64,000 nucleotides of DNA from the NCBI RefSeq assembly GCF_036971445.1, contig NC_091471.1, forward strand, positions 164,238,001 through 164,302,000, written 5' to 3'. Below, in pieces: positions 12,668 through 24,750 of this stretch (position 1 is the stretch's first letter; every line of letters begins with the position of its first letter). The translations under genes and the position numbers were made by a program. The DNA comes from Narcine bancroftii (Eukaryota). Under the pieces are notes generated by a model. The model was not told where the DNA came from, made no database searches, and saw only the letters and a program-made list of their open reading frames with translations.

Positions 12668-14225
12668 TCAGAATCAGAATTTTTTGTCAGGAACAAGTTG
12701 TGAATTTTTTTTGTTTTCTGGCAGCATCATAGAGCAAACATTTATATTATAACCATCTTATGACATTACTATAGAATAAGTAAAAATAATAGTACACGAA
12801 AAGTAAGGCAGTGTTTATGGCTCATTGATCATTCAGAAATCTGATGGCAGCAGGGAAGAGCTGTCCTTGAGCCACTGAGTGCTCATCCTTAGGCTCCTGC
12901 ACCACTTACCCGATGGTAGCAGAGTGAAGAGGGCATGTCCTGGGTCTTTGAGGATAGAGGCTGATTTTTTAAGACACTGTCTCATATAGATCTCCTTGAT
13001 GGAGTGAAGTCTGGTGCCTGTGATGTCACAGTCTGAGTTAACAACCCACTAGAGTTTATTCTTGTCCTGAGAGCCCATACCGGGCTGTGATACAAATGGT
13101 CTGAATGCTCTCCACGCTACACCTGTAGAGTTTGCAAGAGACTTCAGTGATAAACCGAATCACCTCACAACATTTAGTTGCTGGCGAGCCTTCTTCGTGA
13201 TTCCGTCGACATGGAGGTCCAGGACAGATTCTCAGAGATATTGACACCCAGAATTTTAAGTTCTTGACCCTCTCCACTATTGAGCACTTGATGAGGTTGT
13301 GTTCCCCTGAAGCCTACAATCATCTCCTTGGTTTTGCTGACATTGAGTGCAAGGTTGTTGTCGTTACACCGTTCAACGAGCTGATCTATCTCCATCCTGT
13401 GCACTTCCTCGTTGCCATTTGTGATTCTGCCATTTGTGTCATCAGCAAGCTTGTTGGTGGCATTGGAATTGTGTCTGGCCACACATCATGGGTGTATAGC
13501 AAGTAGAGCAGTGGGCTAAGCACATATCCTTGGGGTGCACCTGTGTTGATAATCAGTGAGGAGGGGATGTTGTTTCCAATTCATACTGACTGTGGTCTTC
13601 CAATAAGAAAGTCAAGGATCCAGTTTTTGAAGGGAGTACAGAGGCCTGGAGTTTGTAGCTTTTTGGCCAGTACTGAGGGAATATTGGTATTGAGGCTCAG
13701 GTGTAGTTGATGAAGAGTGTGTATGAATTGCTGTTTTCGAGGTGATCCAGAGCTGAGTAGTGAGTAAGCGACATTGCATCTGCTGTGGAGGGATTGTGAC
13801 AATAGGTGAATTGCAGTGGGTCCAGCATCTTTGCTTAGGTATGTGTTAATTCTGGACATAACCAGCCTCTCAAAGCATTTCATCACAATAGAAGTTAATG
13901 CTACTGGGCGGTGGTCAGTGAGGCAGCTCACACTCCTCTTGTTGGGTACCAGGATTATTGATGCCCTTTTGAAGCAGGTGGGAACTTCTGACTGCTGCAA
14001 TGAGAGGTTGAATATGTTCTTGAACACTCCAGCTAGTTGATTGGTGCAGATTTTCAGTCTCCTGCCAGGTACATTGTCAGGCTTGACGCCTTGTGAGGGT
14101 TCACACTCTTGAATGATGTTCTGACACTGCCCTCAGAGACAGATGTCACAAGGTCTTCAGCCTTTTCAGGGATTCTAGCAAACACTGTTTGATTCTTCTC
14201 AAAACGGGCATGAAAGGTGTTCAGC
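12668..14225 (-). mobile_element. Rex1/Babar LINE, decayed RT and 3' end
   Basis: IFNLSLQQSEVPTCFKRASIILVP..HRPVALTSIVMKCFERLV; NWILDFLIGRPQSV; KLADDT; CNDNNLALNVSKTKEMIV; (ttctga) tail. Confidence 0.9.
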
Positions 14226-14489
14226 TCATTGGATAGTGAAAAATGACTTGTAATTTACACACCACATTGTCTGAAGTAGAGTGTCTATTGACATGTATAA
14301 AAAGTTGTGTCAACTTGCTCGTTACAAGTTTTCCAAGATAAGTGGCAGGTATTTGCCACTTAAAGCCCCCGATATGTTCTGTGAAATTGAGCATTATGTG
14401 ATGTGGATGTTGTGTGAACACCATATTATATACTTAGCAAAGCTATATGGGATACTGTAGGGTACTTGTAAACTTTTTATTTGTAAGTA

Positions 14490-14829
14490 GGGATCAGTAT
14501 GGGAACCGTCACAGGGCTGAAGGCAGAGAGCAGGGCAGTGGGATCAGTGTGGGGACCGACAAGGGGCTGTGAGGAGAGAGCAGGGCAGTGAGATCAGTGT
14601 GGGGACTGACATGGGACTGTGGGCAGAGGAATCAGCATGGGGACCGACAAGGGGCTGTAGGCAGAGAGCAGGGCAGTCGGATCAGTGTGGGGACCGACAA
14701 GGAGCTGTAGGCAGAGAGCAGGGCAGTCGGATCAGTGTGGGGACCGACAAGGGACTGTGAGGAGAGGAATCAGCAGGGGACCGACAAGGGGCTGTAGGCA
14801 GAGAGCAGAGCAGTCGGATCAGTGTGGGT
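14490..14829 (+). repeat. G-rich minisatellite with 50-bp and 38-bp units
   Basis: atcag anchors at 14493, 14543, 14593, 14631, 14681, 14731, 14769, 14818; consensus ggatcagtgtggggaccgacaaggggctgtaggcagagagcagggcagt. Confidence 0.95.
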
Positions 14830-15464
14830 ATACATTATAAAATTTCCTATAGCTAGATTGCTGCGGACTTGCAGTAACTGAAAAATTATGGGACCACGTA
14901 TATGTTGTCAAATGTTGCCCAAAAGGAAGTTAAGCAGAGCATGCCTGTAACTTAACTTGTCTCATGTTGTTAATTAATTAATAATTATTGCCCAGAATAG
15001 TTTTTCCCCATTCCCCTGGACAATAATTAACATAACCTATAAGGACCTAATTATCTGGAGAATTATGTTCAGGAGCTTGTCAACTCCCGTGTTTCAACAT
15101 CAGAATAATGACTTCAAGTGTGAAAGTTGTTCTGATGTTGTGAAATGTGCAATGGAAAAGGATTTTTCTCCTGTCTTAATAATTTCTCCTCATTCCATAT
15201 CCAGTTATTTCATCAAAGTGCAAGAGGAAATATTTGTTCAATCTTGCAAGTAAATTCAGAACTTTTATCTCACTTTTACCTGTCTCATTTTCAGCAAAGT
15301 GTGGAGCCTCACAGCTGTGCTGAGCAGAGATCAATAATCCATTTTTACTCCTACCTTTATTCAAAGCCGCTACATTGTTAAAATTAGAATGGTTGAAAAG
15401 TCATTATCCAAAAGGTTATAAATAATTGTCCCCAAAACAGGAATTTTTCCCAAACTGATCTGCA

Positions 15465-15496
15465 TCTCTCTCCCCCTCCCTCTCTCTCTCTCTCTC

Positions 15497-15532
<36 letters not shown>
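15465..15532. repeat. (CT)n microsatellite
   Basis: Directly visible. Confidence 0.95.
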
Positions 15533-15537
<5 letters not shown>

Positions 15538-16038
15538 ATTTTCTTACATCTAATTCTCTGACAAAACACTCATTACAAATACTTACATGATTTGATATCA
15601 AATTATTTCTCGTTTCTTCATATTCTTATATTTTATGGGCAAACAAAAGTAATCAAATTCTTGTACATAATGATAATAAACCTTGAACCTTAACCGTTTA
15701 ATTTTCTCATGACATGGGAGGCCATTAGGTCTATCAACTCTAAGCTATCTTTTAGAATAATCTCAACTATTCCATTCCCCTGTTTATTTCACTGCAACCT
15801 ATTCTCTTTCAGTTACGCTTTATTGCACTAAGAGTGCTTTCAAACCTTAATTTACACTTATCCCATGTTATTCTCCCCACATTCCAATCAAAACTCCTCC
15901 AGATACCAACCCTCACTCCAAAAGTAGGGACAATTCAGAGCAGCCGATTAATGTTGACCTGCACATCTTTGGGATGTATTCAGGAGAACCCAGGGGAAGC
16001 CTGTGTGGTTACAGGGGAATGTGTAAAACTCCACACAG

Positions 16039-16069
16039 GTTGGCTGAAGGCGGGGGGGTTCTTTACTTT

Positions 16070-16103
<34 letters not shown>

Positions 16104-16831
16104 TTACAGAGCCGTTGTCACACCCACACTCCTGTTCGGCTCCGAATCATGGGTCCTCTACCGGCACCACCTACGGCTCCTAGAACGCTTCCACCAGCGT
16201 TGTCTCCGCTCCATCCTCAACATCCATTGGAGCGCTTACACCCCTAACGTCGAGGTACTCGAGATGGCAGAGGTCGACAGCATCGAGTCCACGCTGCTGA
16301 AGATCCAGCTGCGCTGGATGGGTCACGTCTCCAGAATGGAGGACCATCGCCTTCCCAAGATCGTATTATATGGCGAGCTCTCCACTGGCCACCGTGACAG
16401 AGGTGCACCAAAGAAAAGGTACAAGGACTGCCTAAAGAAATCTCTTGGTGCCTGCCACATTGACCACCGCCAGTGGGCTGATAACGCCTCAAACCGTGCA
16501 TCTTGGCGCCTCACAGTTTGGCGGGCAGCAGCCTCCTTTGAAGAAGACCGCAGAGCCCACCTCACTGACAAAAGGCAAAGGAGGAAAAACCCAACACCCA
16601 ACCCCAACCAACCAATTTTCCCTTGCAACCGCTGCAATCGTGTCTGCCTGTCCCGCATCGGACTTGTCAGCCACAAACGAGCCTGCAGCTGACGTGGACT
16701 TTTTACCCCCTCCATAAATCTTCGTCCGCGAAGCCAAGCCAAAGAAAGAAAATATTTATAAATGTTCATGTTTAATTGCTGTATATGTCATATATTATTT
16801 GTTTTATGAATGAATAAATAAAGGTTAAAAA
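16039..16831 (+). mobile_element. Short poly(A)-tailed L1-type 3'UTR fragment (16039-~16104 and ~16751-16831) containing an RTE
   Basis: G-run, T-rich tract, AATAAA and poly(A), similar to the 3' ends of the L1s at 12080 and 19745; flanked by the 14-bp TSD. Confidence 0.6.
16106..16750 (+). mobile_element. Young RTE LINE 3' fragment
   Basis: ORF 16264-16692 QLRWMGHVSRMEDHRLPKIVLYGEL...FPCNRCNRVCLSRIGLVSH; tail aagccaagccaaagaaagaa; likely TSD ATATTTA beside a (TA)n run. Confidence 0.93.
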
Positions 16832-17049
16832 AAAACTCCACACAGACAGCACCAGAAATTGGATTCAACCTGGATCACTGGAATTACTGTGGCTCTTATT
16901 AACAGCTTAATATGGTAAATGTTTGCAAATATGTGATTTCCTGCTTAATAAAATATACTTTGTCATCAGTTGTATCATCTTACATTAATGACCTATTTGT
17001 CATTATTGAGTGACATTAAGCAAATTATCTTTTTTTAAAATTTAACAAG

Positions 17050-17170
17050 TGGCAGCCCATAGAGCTACGGCCTCACAGCTCCAGAGGCCAGGGATCAATC
17101 CTGACCTCTTGTGCTGTCTGTGCAGAGTTTTCATGTTCTCCTTGTGACAACCTGCATTTCTTCTGGTTCT
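17050..17170 (+). mobile_element. V-SINE fragment
   Basis: cctcacagctccagaggccagggatcaatcctgacc...gctgtctgtgcagagttttcatgttctcc. Confidence 0.65.
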
Positions 17171-17201
17171 GGACTTGGAGGTTGGTATATTACAGATAAG
17201 G

Positions 17202-17204
<3 letters not shown>

Positions 17205-17279
<75 letters not shown>
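17205..17279. repeat. (TG)n microsatellite
   Basis: Directly visible, essentially uninterrupted. Confidence 0.97.
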
Positions 17280-17282
<3 letters not shown>

Positions 17283-18229
17283 GAGTTGGGAAAAATGCAA
17301 AGAGAATATAAAAGGGCCTTAATAAAGGATTCATATAAAATGGGTGAGAGATGATCGCAGCAAACATGATGAGCTAAAGGTTGGCGAGTGACCTTGTATT
17401 CCCTATGGATGCCGAGTCATCTGCTAAGTTTCTACAGCAGTTTTGTGTGTACCTCGACCCCTGCACCTCCAGAGTATCGTGTTTCACTCTAAAAACATCC
17501 AGTCTTTCTGTGCAGTGGAATACTAGTCTTTAATGCAACAAAGGACATGTCAGGATAATTAGTTAGGCATCAGAGGGATACATTCTCCTGAATTCACAAC
17601 CAAGCACTTCTAAGGGATTGTGTGATCTTCCATTCTTATATCAAATGTATTCTTTGCTGCACCAAAACAAGCAAGGTGAGGTATTGAGTGAGTTTTGGAT
17701 GTGCGTGGTAGGAGATTGAAAGTGCTAAGGGAACCCATACACAAATCAAGAGGATACATTGAATATATGTTGAGGTAGTGAAAATCTGATGGGCTGCTCT
17801 GCTGAGGTCGAGATGGCATTAGGATCAAGAGGTTGATTAAAATTGTGCCTTAATGTATGAGGAGGATTAGTGAATGGGTGGCAGGATTGAGTGGCTGGAT
17901 GGTGAGGGTGAATTGAGAATGAGTGATGGGAAAATTAGGTTGCAATGGTATTGAAGTGGATGAGAGTGAGAGGTTTGGTAGGTGCAACACATTAAATTCA
18001 CAACATCAGGATTATTTCACAAGACTAAATGGGAGAAAAATTATGAATTTATTTTAGAACTGGAGAATTGTTTAGCCATGAGCATTAGATTGCAATGGTC
18101 TTGGAAAATATTGTGAAAACAGATTTAAGTTGTGGTCAGAACTAGAAATAGAGAAAAAAAGCACAGAGTTAAGTCCAGATGCTGACAATTCAGATATTAA
18201 GGAGTCAAGTTCAACAAAAGACAATAAAA

Positions 18230-19745
18230 ATTGATGAATCGGGCTTTTTTCAAGATTTGAACAGGACGGTGAGGAAATTTTTACGGAAGGGAAAATTAGC
18301 TCGAGTAGCTTTATAGAAGTTGACACATTAGGTGGACTTCAGCTGCCTCATTTTCAAAATTATTATGAGGCTGCACAGTTGAATTTTGTTAGTAGAATGA
18401 TGGATATTAATCAGCCTTCTAGTTGGGCTAAGGTGGAATTAGCTTGTATTTTTGAATCTGATGTTCATCAGTTTATACATAAGTGGAATTTGCATTTATT
18501 GCAGGGATATGATATGCCAATATTAAAGCATTTATTAAAGCTATGGATTAATAGAAATGCTGTAACAGGCATGAAAGGTAAATTATCAATTCAAACTCCG
18601 TTATATAAAAATCAGCTTATTTCTTTTTCAATGTTTAACAGGTATTTAAAGATATGGCATTCTGAGGGTATAAAAGTGATTCAGGATTGTTTTGAAGAGG
18701 GACAGTTCCTTTCTTTTAATCGATTGAGGGAGAAATTTGGAATACCAATAAATTCTTTGTTTGTGCATTATCAACTTAGAGCTTTGATAAGGGACGATTA
18801 TGGAAAGTATATGAGATTACATGAATCAATGAAGTTTGAATCTTTGATTTCCTCTATACCAAGAAGGGGCTTTATTTCAAATATGTATCGGTTGTTACAA
18901 GAGATCATGGAGAAACCGAATTTGGAGAATCCATAAATAAATGGGAAAGTGATTTAACTTAGGATGATTGGGAGGTTATGTGTCATGAAGGGGTAACTAA
19001 ATTGACTAATGTAAGGTATGGTTTGGTTAATTATAATTTTTTGCATCAGTTATATTTGAAATTGAAAAATATGGATTTAGTAATTCAGATTTGTGTTTTA
19101 GATGTGGGTTAAATACTGGCACAAACGAGCCTGCAGCTGACGTGGACTTTTTACCCCTCCATAAATCTTCGTCCGCGAAGCCAAGCCAAAGAAGAAAATA
19201 CTGGAACTTTTCTTCATGTAGTTTGGTCTTGTGATAGGGTACAACCATTTTTGGAAAAAATTAGGGTAATTTTGGAGAAATCATTTAAAATTTAATTACA
19301 ACTAGAGTCAGAGCGTTTCTTGCTGAGTTATATGGTTTCTTTGATTGGTTTGGGGTTGGACAAGTTTCAGTTAGCTTTTGTTCATTTAGTATAATCAGTG
19401 GCATGGAAATGTATAGCAATTACTTGAAAAGATAATGTAGAAATTAATATTGTTGATTAGCATAATAAATTGAGATCTTGTATTTATATGGAAAAAATAA
19501 CAAATAATTTACATGATAATTATTCTTTTTTTGTTAAAATGTGGTCACCCAATTTGGAATATATGGGTCTAAAAATAACTTAAAATGTTGTATATGGTTT
19601 TATTTGGTTCCCCTTGCGGGGACTGGCTGGGGGTGGCAGGGGGGGGGGGGGGAGGGAGGGTTGTTTGTTGATTTGCTTATTATAATTTTTTATGTAATGA
19701 TTTCAAATTGTTTTTTAAAAGTTTTAAATAAAATTTCATAAAAAA
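18230..19745 (+). mobile_element. L1-clade LINE ORF2 C-terminal part plus 3'UTR and poly(A)
   Basis: RKFLRKGKLARV; LGGLQLPHFQNYYEAAQL; ORF 18379-18936; CCHC motif SDLCFRCGLNTG|TFLHVVWSC; G-run, aataaa and A-rich end. Confidence 0.88.
19120..19195 (+). mobile_element. 76-nt RTE 3'-end insertion inside the L1
   Basis: cacaaacgagcctgcagctgacgtgg...cttcgtccgcgaagccaagccaaagaaga; TSD AAATACTGG at 19111-19119 and 19196-19204. Confidence 0.92.
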
Positions 19746-19789
19746 TGATGAATCTTTAAATCAAAGCATCCCAAGGCTTCTCTCAACTT

Positions 19790-20200
19790 CTTATTTATGT
19801 GGATGAACTGTAAGCCCCAAATATTGCAAACAACTACCACTCTCCACAAGCACCTCCAAAATCTCCACGAAAAAAAACAAACAGCCTCTCAGATTCACTT
19901 CAAGATTATCAGCCGACTTTACAAATCCCTGCAGGGGTTTCCCCTTCATTCTATCTCTGTTGTTTTCCCTTCTGAACATTGAACACCATCAAATTTACTT
20001 TCTCCTTGGCTGTGCCTTCAACAGCCAAAACCCTTGACTCTAGAACTCAACTTCTCCATTTCTGGCCCTCTCTTTTTCAAATTGAGCTCTTGATCTCAGT
20101 GGTTATCTGTCATCATTATTTCTGCCTAAACGGGGTGTTTGATTACAATCCTTGCTTCTAATCCTGTTAAAGGTGCTATACAAACAGAAGATGTTGCTGT
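19790..20200 (+). mobile_element. L2 LINE 3' fragment (old)
   Basis: ttcaagattatc...tacaaatccctgc; ggctgtgccttcaacagcc; terminal gttaaaggtgctatacaaacagaagatgttgctgtt typical of fish L2 ends. Confidence 0.6.
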
Positions 20201-21514
20201 TTCACTCTGAATGCAATATTTAGAAGCTCAAAGAATAATAGTAAGATTAACAAAAGTGAACACAGAATCACAACTCTTCCCCCAGAGAATAGAACTGAGC
20301 TTTCTTATCATTAGGAAACTCTTCTTTCTTGATGTAATGATCTGAATACATTGCAAAATGATCTGTAAGATTATTATTATGCAGGAAGCAAGCCATTTTG
20401 CAATAAGTTAGTTAAGAAAATTCCTGATGGCACTAATATCACACAGCATCAGAGCCTGTTAATTCAAGCCTTGCTTTTGTTTATTGTGCCCATGAGCTAT
20501 GACAAATTGCACTGGCTGTTAAAATGGATTGATTCTTTTTTTTCAAATGTGTTTTAAAAATGAAATGAATGTTGCATAAAATACAGGATGGACCACTGGA
20601 GATGGCTGAGAAACAGAGAGAAAGAAATTCATTTTGTTGTTTATTCTCTGCATTTCAAACTTTGGGTTGGGCATGTGGCAAACTTATTCAAGCTCCCCAT
20701 GACTTGTTTCTTTCCTGTCCCATTTAGAGCAGAGGTAACAGAGATGTCATACTCAGATCAGGAGGGCCAGTGATGAAAATCTCAAGTGCTCATTCATTAC
20801 TTGATCTGACAGGCTATGGAACTGTATTTGAGCAGGTCACTTCAACAGTCAGCAGTAAAGCATCTTCCATCTACAATGTTAATTCTGTTTCTCCCTCCAC
20901 AGATGTTACCTAATCTGCTAAGTGCAGAGTTTTCACTTTGATCTTCACATCAAAGTAGGTTTCCAGCTAGCTCACTCCAGCTTTGTTGGACCTGATCAGG
21001 CAAAATGAGGAGAATTTTGCTCAAACTCCAGTCAATCAACATACAAAAGCAATTTTCTCAGAAAATTGAATCAAATGAATTTGCTAAGAATTTCTCCTTT
21101 TGTTTCAGAATTCCAACATCTGCTTTTTTTTAATTTTCATTTCTTGTAATCTGCAATCAGAAACATCAAGGGGCAGCAAAACACTTAACGTTTGCAGAGA
21201 TTTTGACACCATCTTATCCCAACTTCCATAAAACTTATTTTATGGACAACACAGATTCTAAGTCTGAATGGAAGAAGGGGAGGACCATATGCTGTACAGG
21301 TGGAGGTGGAAGATGTGGGTGGGGGAGGAGAAGGAGGAAAGAAATGAGAATAATGTAAGAAGCTCAAAATTGATAGGAGGAAGAAGCAGAGGGCTAAGGA
21401 AGATCCACCTGAATTCACTTATCACCTGCAAGCTGATGTTCCGCCCCTTCCCCCAGCCTTTTTTCCTGGCTTCTGCCCTCAGTCCTAATAAATGGTCTTT
21501 AGCCTGAAATGTTA

Positions 21515-22880
21515 ACATAGAAACATAGAAACAGAGAAGATAGGAGCAGGAGTAGGTCATTCGACCCTTCGAGCCTGCTCTGCCATTTAACGAGATCATG
21601 GTTGATCTTAAAGTTCAGTACCCCGTCCCCACCTTCTCTCCGCAACCTTTAACATCCTTATACTGAAGAAATATATCTAATTCCCTCTTAAATAGATTTA
21701 ATGAACCTGCCTCTACTGCCCTCTGTGGCAATGAATTCCACAGATTCACCACCCTCTGGGTCAAGAAATTCCTCCTCATCTCGGTCCTAAATGATTTGCC
21801 TATTATCCTCAAACCATGGCCCCGGGTTCTGGATTTTCCCATCATTGGAAACATCCCATCTGCATCCATTCTGTCCAGTCCTGCCAGAATTTTATATGTC
21901 TCTATAAGATTCCCTCTCAATCTTCTAAACTCCAGCGAGTACAATCCCAATTTGCGCAATCTTTCCTCATAAGTCATTCCTGCCATTCCAGGTATCAGCC
22001 TGGTGAATCTCCTCTGCACTCCCTCCATCGCAAGAACGTCCCTCCTTAGATAAGGTGACCAAAACTGCACACAATACTCCAGGTGGGGTCTCACCAAGGC
22101 CCTGTACAGCTGCAGTAAGGTATCCTTGTTCCTATACTCAAACCCTCTTGATATGAAGGCCAATATACCATTTGCCTTTTTAACCGCCTGCTGTACCTGC
22201 ATGCTCGCCTTCAGAGACTGATGTACAAGTACCCCTAGGTCTCTCTGCACTTCCCTATCTCTTAATCTATTGCCATTCAAATAGTAATCTGCCCTCCGGT
22301 TTGTATTACCAAAGTGGATAACCTCACATTTATCCACATTGTAGTGCATTTGCCATATATCTGCCCAGTCCCTCAATTTATCCAAATCACACTGGAGCTT
22401 CCTGACCCCCTCTTCCGTGCACACAACCCCTCCTAGCTTAGTGTCATCTGTAAATTTGGAGATATTATATCCAGTTCCCTCATCCAGATCATTAATGTAA
22501 ATTGTGAACAGCTAGGGTCCCAGTACAGATCCCTGTGGCACCCCACTGGTCACCGCCTGCCACTCAGAAAACGAGCCATTTATCCCAACTCTCTGTCTTC
22601 TACCTGCTAGCCAGTTCTCAATCCACATCAATACTTTTCCCCCAATTCCATGAGCCTTGATTTTGTAAGCCAGTCATTTATGCGGTACCTTATCGAAGGC
22701 CTTTTGGAAGTCCAGGTACACCACATCCACTGTCTCTCCTATTTATTTTACCTGTCACCATCTCAAAGAATTCCAATAGATTTGTCAAGCATGATTTACC
22801 TTTTGTAAATCCATGTTGACTCCGTCCGATCCCTTCTCTGCTAGTCATATGCTCCGCTATTACATCCTTAATAATAACTC
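21515..22880 (-). mobile_element. Relatively young CR1 LINE, 5'-truncated; RT and C-terminus nearly intact
   Basis: QHGFTKGKSCLTNLLEFFE; VYLDFQKAFDKVPH; SGVPQGSVLGP; SKFTDDTKL; 269-aa ORF with LVRPHLEYCVQFWSP; (tttctatg)n tail. Two nonsense changes and one frameshift seen. Confidence 0.95.
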
Positions 22881-23124
22881 TCCATTCCATTCCATCAATG
22901 CTATCTATGTTGCGAATTGCTGCAGGAATTGTTGTTGGCATTCAAAGTATTGACAATTAATATCATTGATGTGAGTGAGGAGATCAAATACAACAATGGT
23001 ACCAAGCCAGGCAGCAGCACGGACTCTCAGGAAGATGCCAAGTGGAAACTGTTGAAATTATTGAAGGTATCTTGTCAGTGTGCATTAAGGTGTGGTATGG
23101 GATGTGCTCCCTCCACCCATGACC

Positions 23125-23485
23125 ACAGAAATTACTGAGGGTTGTGAGGGCTCAGACCATCTCTCACACACCACCCCCACCCCCACCACCTTAATGACTG
23201 CATCTATACATCCGGATGTCATGAAAAAGCAGCCAGCATTTTAAAAGACTCATCCCATGCTGGGTAAATACTCTTCACCCTCCTGATGGGCAGAAGATTC
23301 ACGAGTAAGAGATCATGCATCATCAGGTTAAGGGATAGTTTTTTTTCCCTCTTGAATGAATCTCACATCAGGAAATTTATGTTGTCTTTGCACTCTACCA
23401 ATTGATCTCTTTCCTCTGTCTTCTTTAGCTGCTCACAAAACAATCTGCTCACTGCTCCTTGATACGTGTGATAATAAACTTGAAC
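23125..23485 (+). mobile_element. Rex1-like 3' fragment (old)
   Basis: cagaaattactgagggttgtg...aaagcagccagcattttaaaagactcatcccatgctgg...gataataaacttgaact. Confidence 0.6.
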
Positions 23486-23589
23486 TGCCCATTCATGGGT
23501 TGGGGTGTGTGTTTTCAATACTTTCTGTTACAAACTAACAACCCTTTTAATTTTCTTGGGGACTGAAGGGACTTTGTTTGCACTAACAA

Positions 23590-24750
23590 AGGAACAGCAT
23601 TGGAAAATTCACCAGACAATTATAAATTCAAAATAATAGTTTTTATTAAACTATAATAAAACTATAATTTAACCCAACTATGTCCAAATGTAAATGCATG
23701 TGTGTAATAAAGTCCCACTTTGAAAAGACAATTTTTAAAACTTCAGCATCATTTTGGTCTTTCTTGAAATCTTAAATTTTCAGTTCAAAAATAATTATAA
23801 AACACTTTTAATCATCATATCTTTAGACACACAATTTTACCGCTGAGCTCCTTGAGATATTCCTTAAATAGAAGTGACCATGTTCTGAGCCACAAATTTA
23901 TCTCCTAAAAAAGGATAATAAACTTCCTGTCTTTCCAGGAGGTCAAATAGGTAACACCTATCTTTCCAGGATATCTATTTTTCTTCTCTTGAATGATGAT
24001 TTTGGAATTTTATATGTCTCTATAAGATTCCCTCTCAATCTTCTAAACTCCAGCGAGTACAATCCCAATTTGCGCAATCTTTCAATCAGAGGAGCTTCAC
24101 TTTTGAATTCACTTATTCTGTGTCTGCCTTTTCTTAAAAGGACCACATAACAGCACCTATTCTGATTACTGTAATTCAACCCTGTATTCCACAACACAAG
24201 GTCAACACATGGTCTTGACTTCTGTAAAACTGAACCAAAAATGTCTTAATTTCTCCAAATCTTGTGACAGTTACATCATCAATGAAGTCAGTCCCAATTC
24301 TTGAAAACCACAGCTATTAATTTTATTACTATGAAATTTCTGGCCTTTTCAAAACCACTCCATATCCATAACAACCTCTGACCTCATCTCTGCTCAAGAG
24401 GTTTAAGTGGTTTAGTTTAAAACAGATAGCTTCCTTCACCAATTCTTATTGAGTATTTAGATACTTCAGTTTTTAATAAAGCAAAGACTCCATCATTCTG
24501 GAATAATTAAGACCCACCAGATATATTAGCTCTGTCTTTCCAAGACATGTCAACTCCAAAAATGAAAACTCTTTCTGATTTTAATGGGATATCTGTAAAT
24601 GTGTTGACCTGGTACCAGCCCACAACTAATTTATTAAGAATACATATACAATATTTAACTCTATAATTTACTTCACTAAGACATTTTTATAAGAAATATA
24701 ACTTAACTTTAACCTAAATATTGCATTAATACAGATCCATTATACTTACA
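23590..24750 (-). mobile_element. Possible AT-rich LTR-like element
   Basis: Minus strand starts TGTAAGTATAATGG at 24750; minus-strand AATAAA near 23643. Other terminus and TSD not resolved. Confidence 0.3.
24005..24083 (-). repeat. 79-bp exact duplicate of the internal CR1 segment 21887-21965
   Basis: gaattttatatgtctctataagattccctctcaatcttctaaactccagcgagtacaatcccaatttgcgcaatctttc is identical at both sites. Confidence 0.95.

Larger units (their letters stand above)
15930..16892 (-). mobile_element. V-SINE (15930-16038 and 16832-16892) split by nested retro-insertions
   Basis: ggagaacccaggggaagcctgtgtggttacaggggaatgtgtaaaactccacacag | acagcaccagaaattggattcaacctgg; 14-bp TSD AAAACTCCACACAG. 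Confidence 0.8.

Noticed and set aside
14490-14829. CRISPR-like repeat array
   Set aside because: Units are contiguous tandem repeats with no unique spacers.
17111-17367. CV/TH-repeat and ER/LS-repeat ORFs (also 63103-63461)
   Set aside because: Translations of (TG)n and (GA)n microsatellites.
21615-22424. 269-aa ORF as a host gene
   Set aside because: It is the CR1 ORF2 C-terminus of a 5'-truncated copy with upstream stops.
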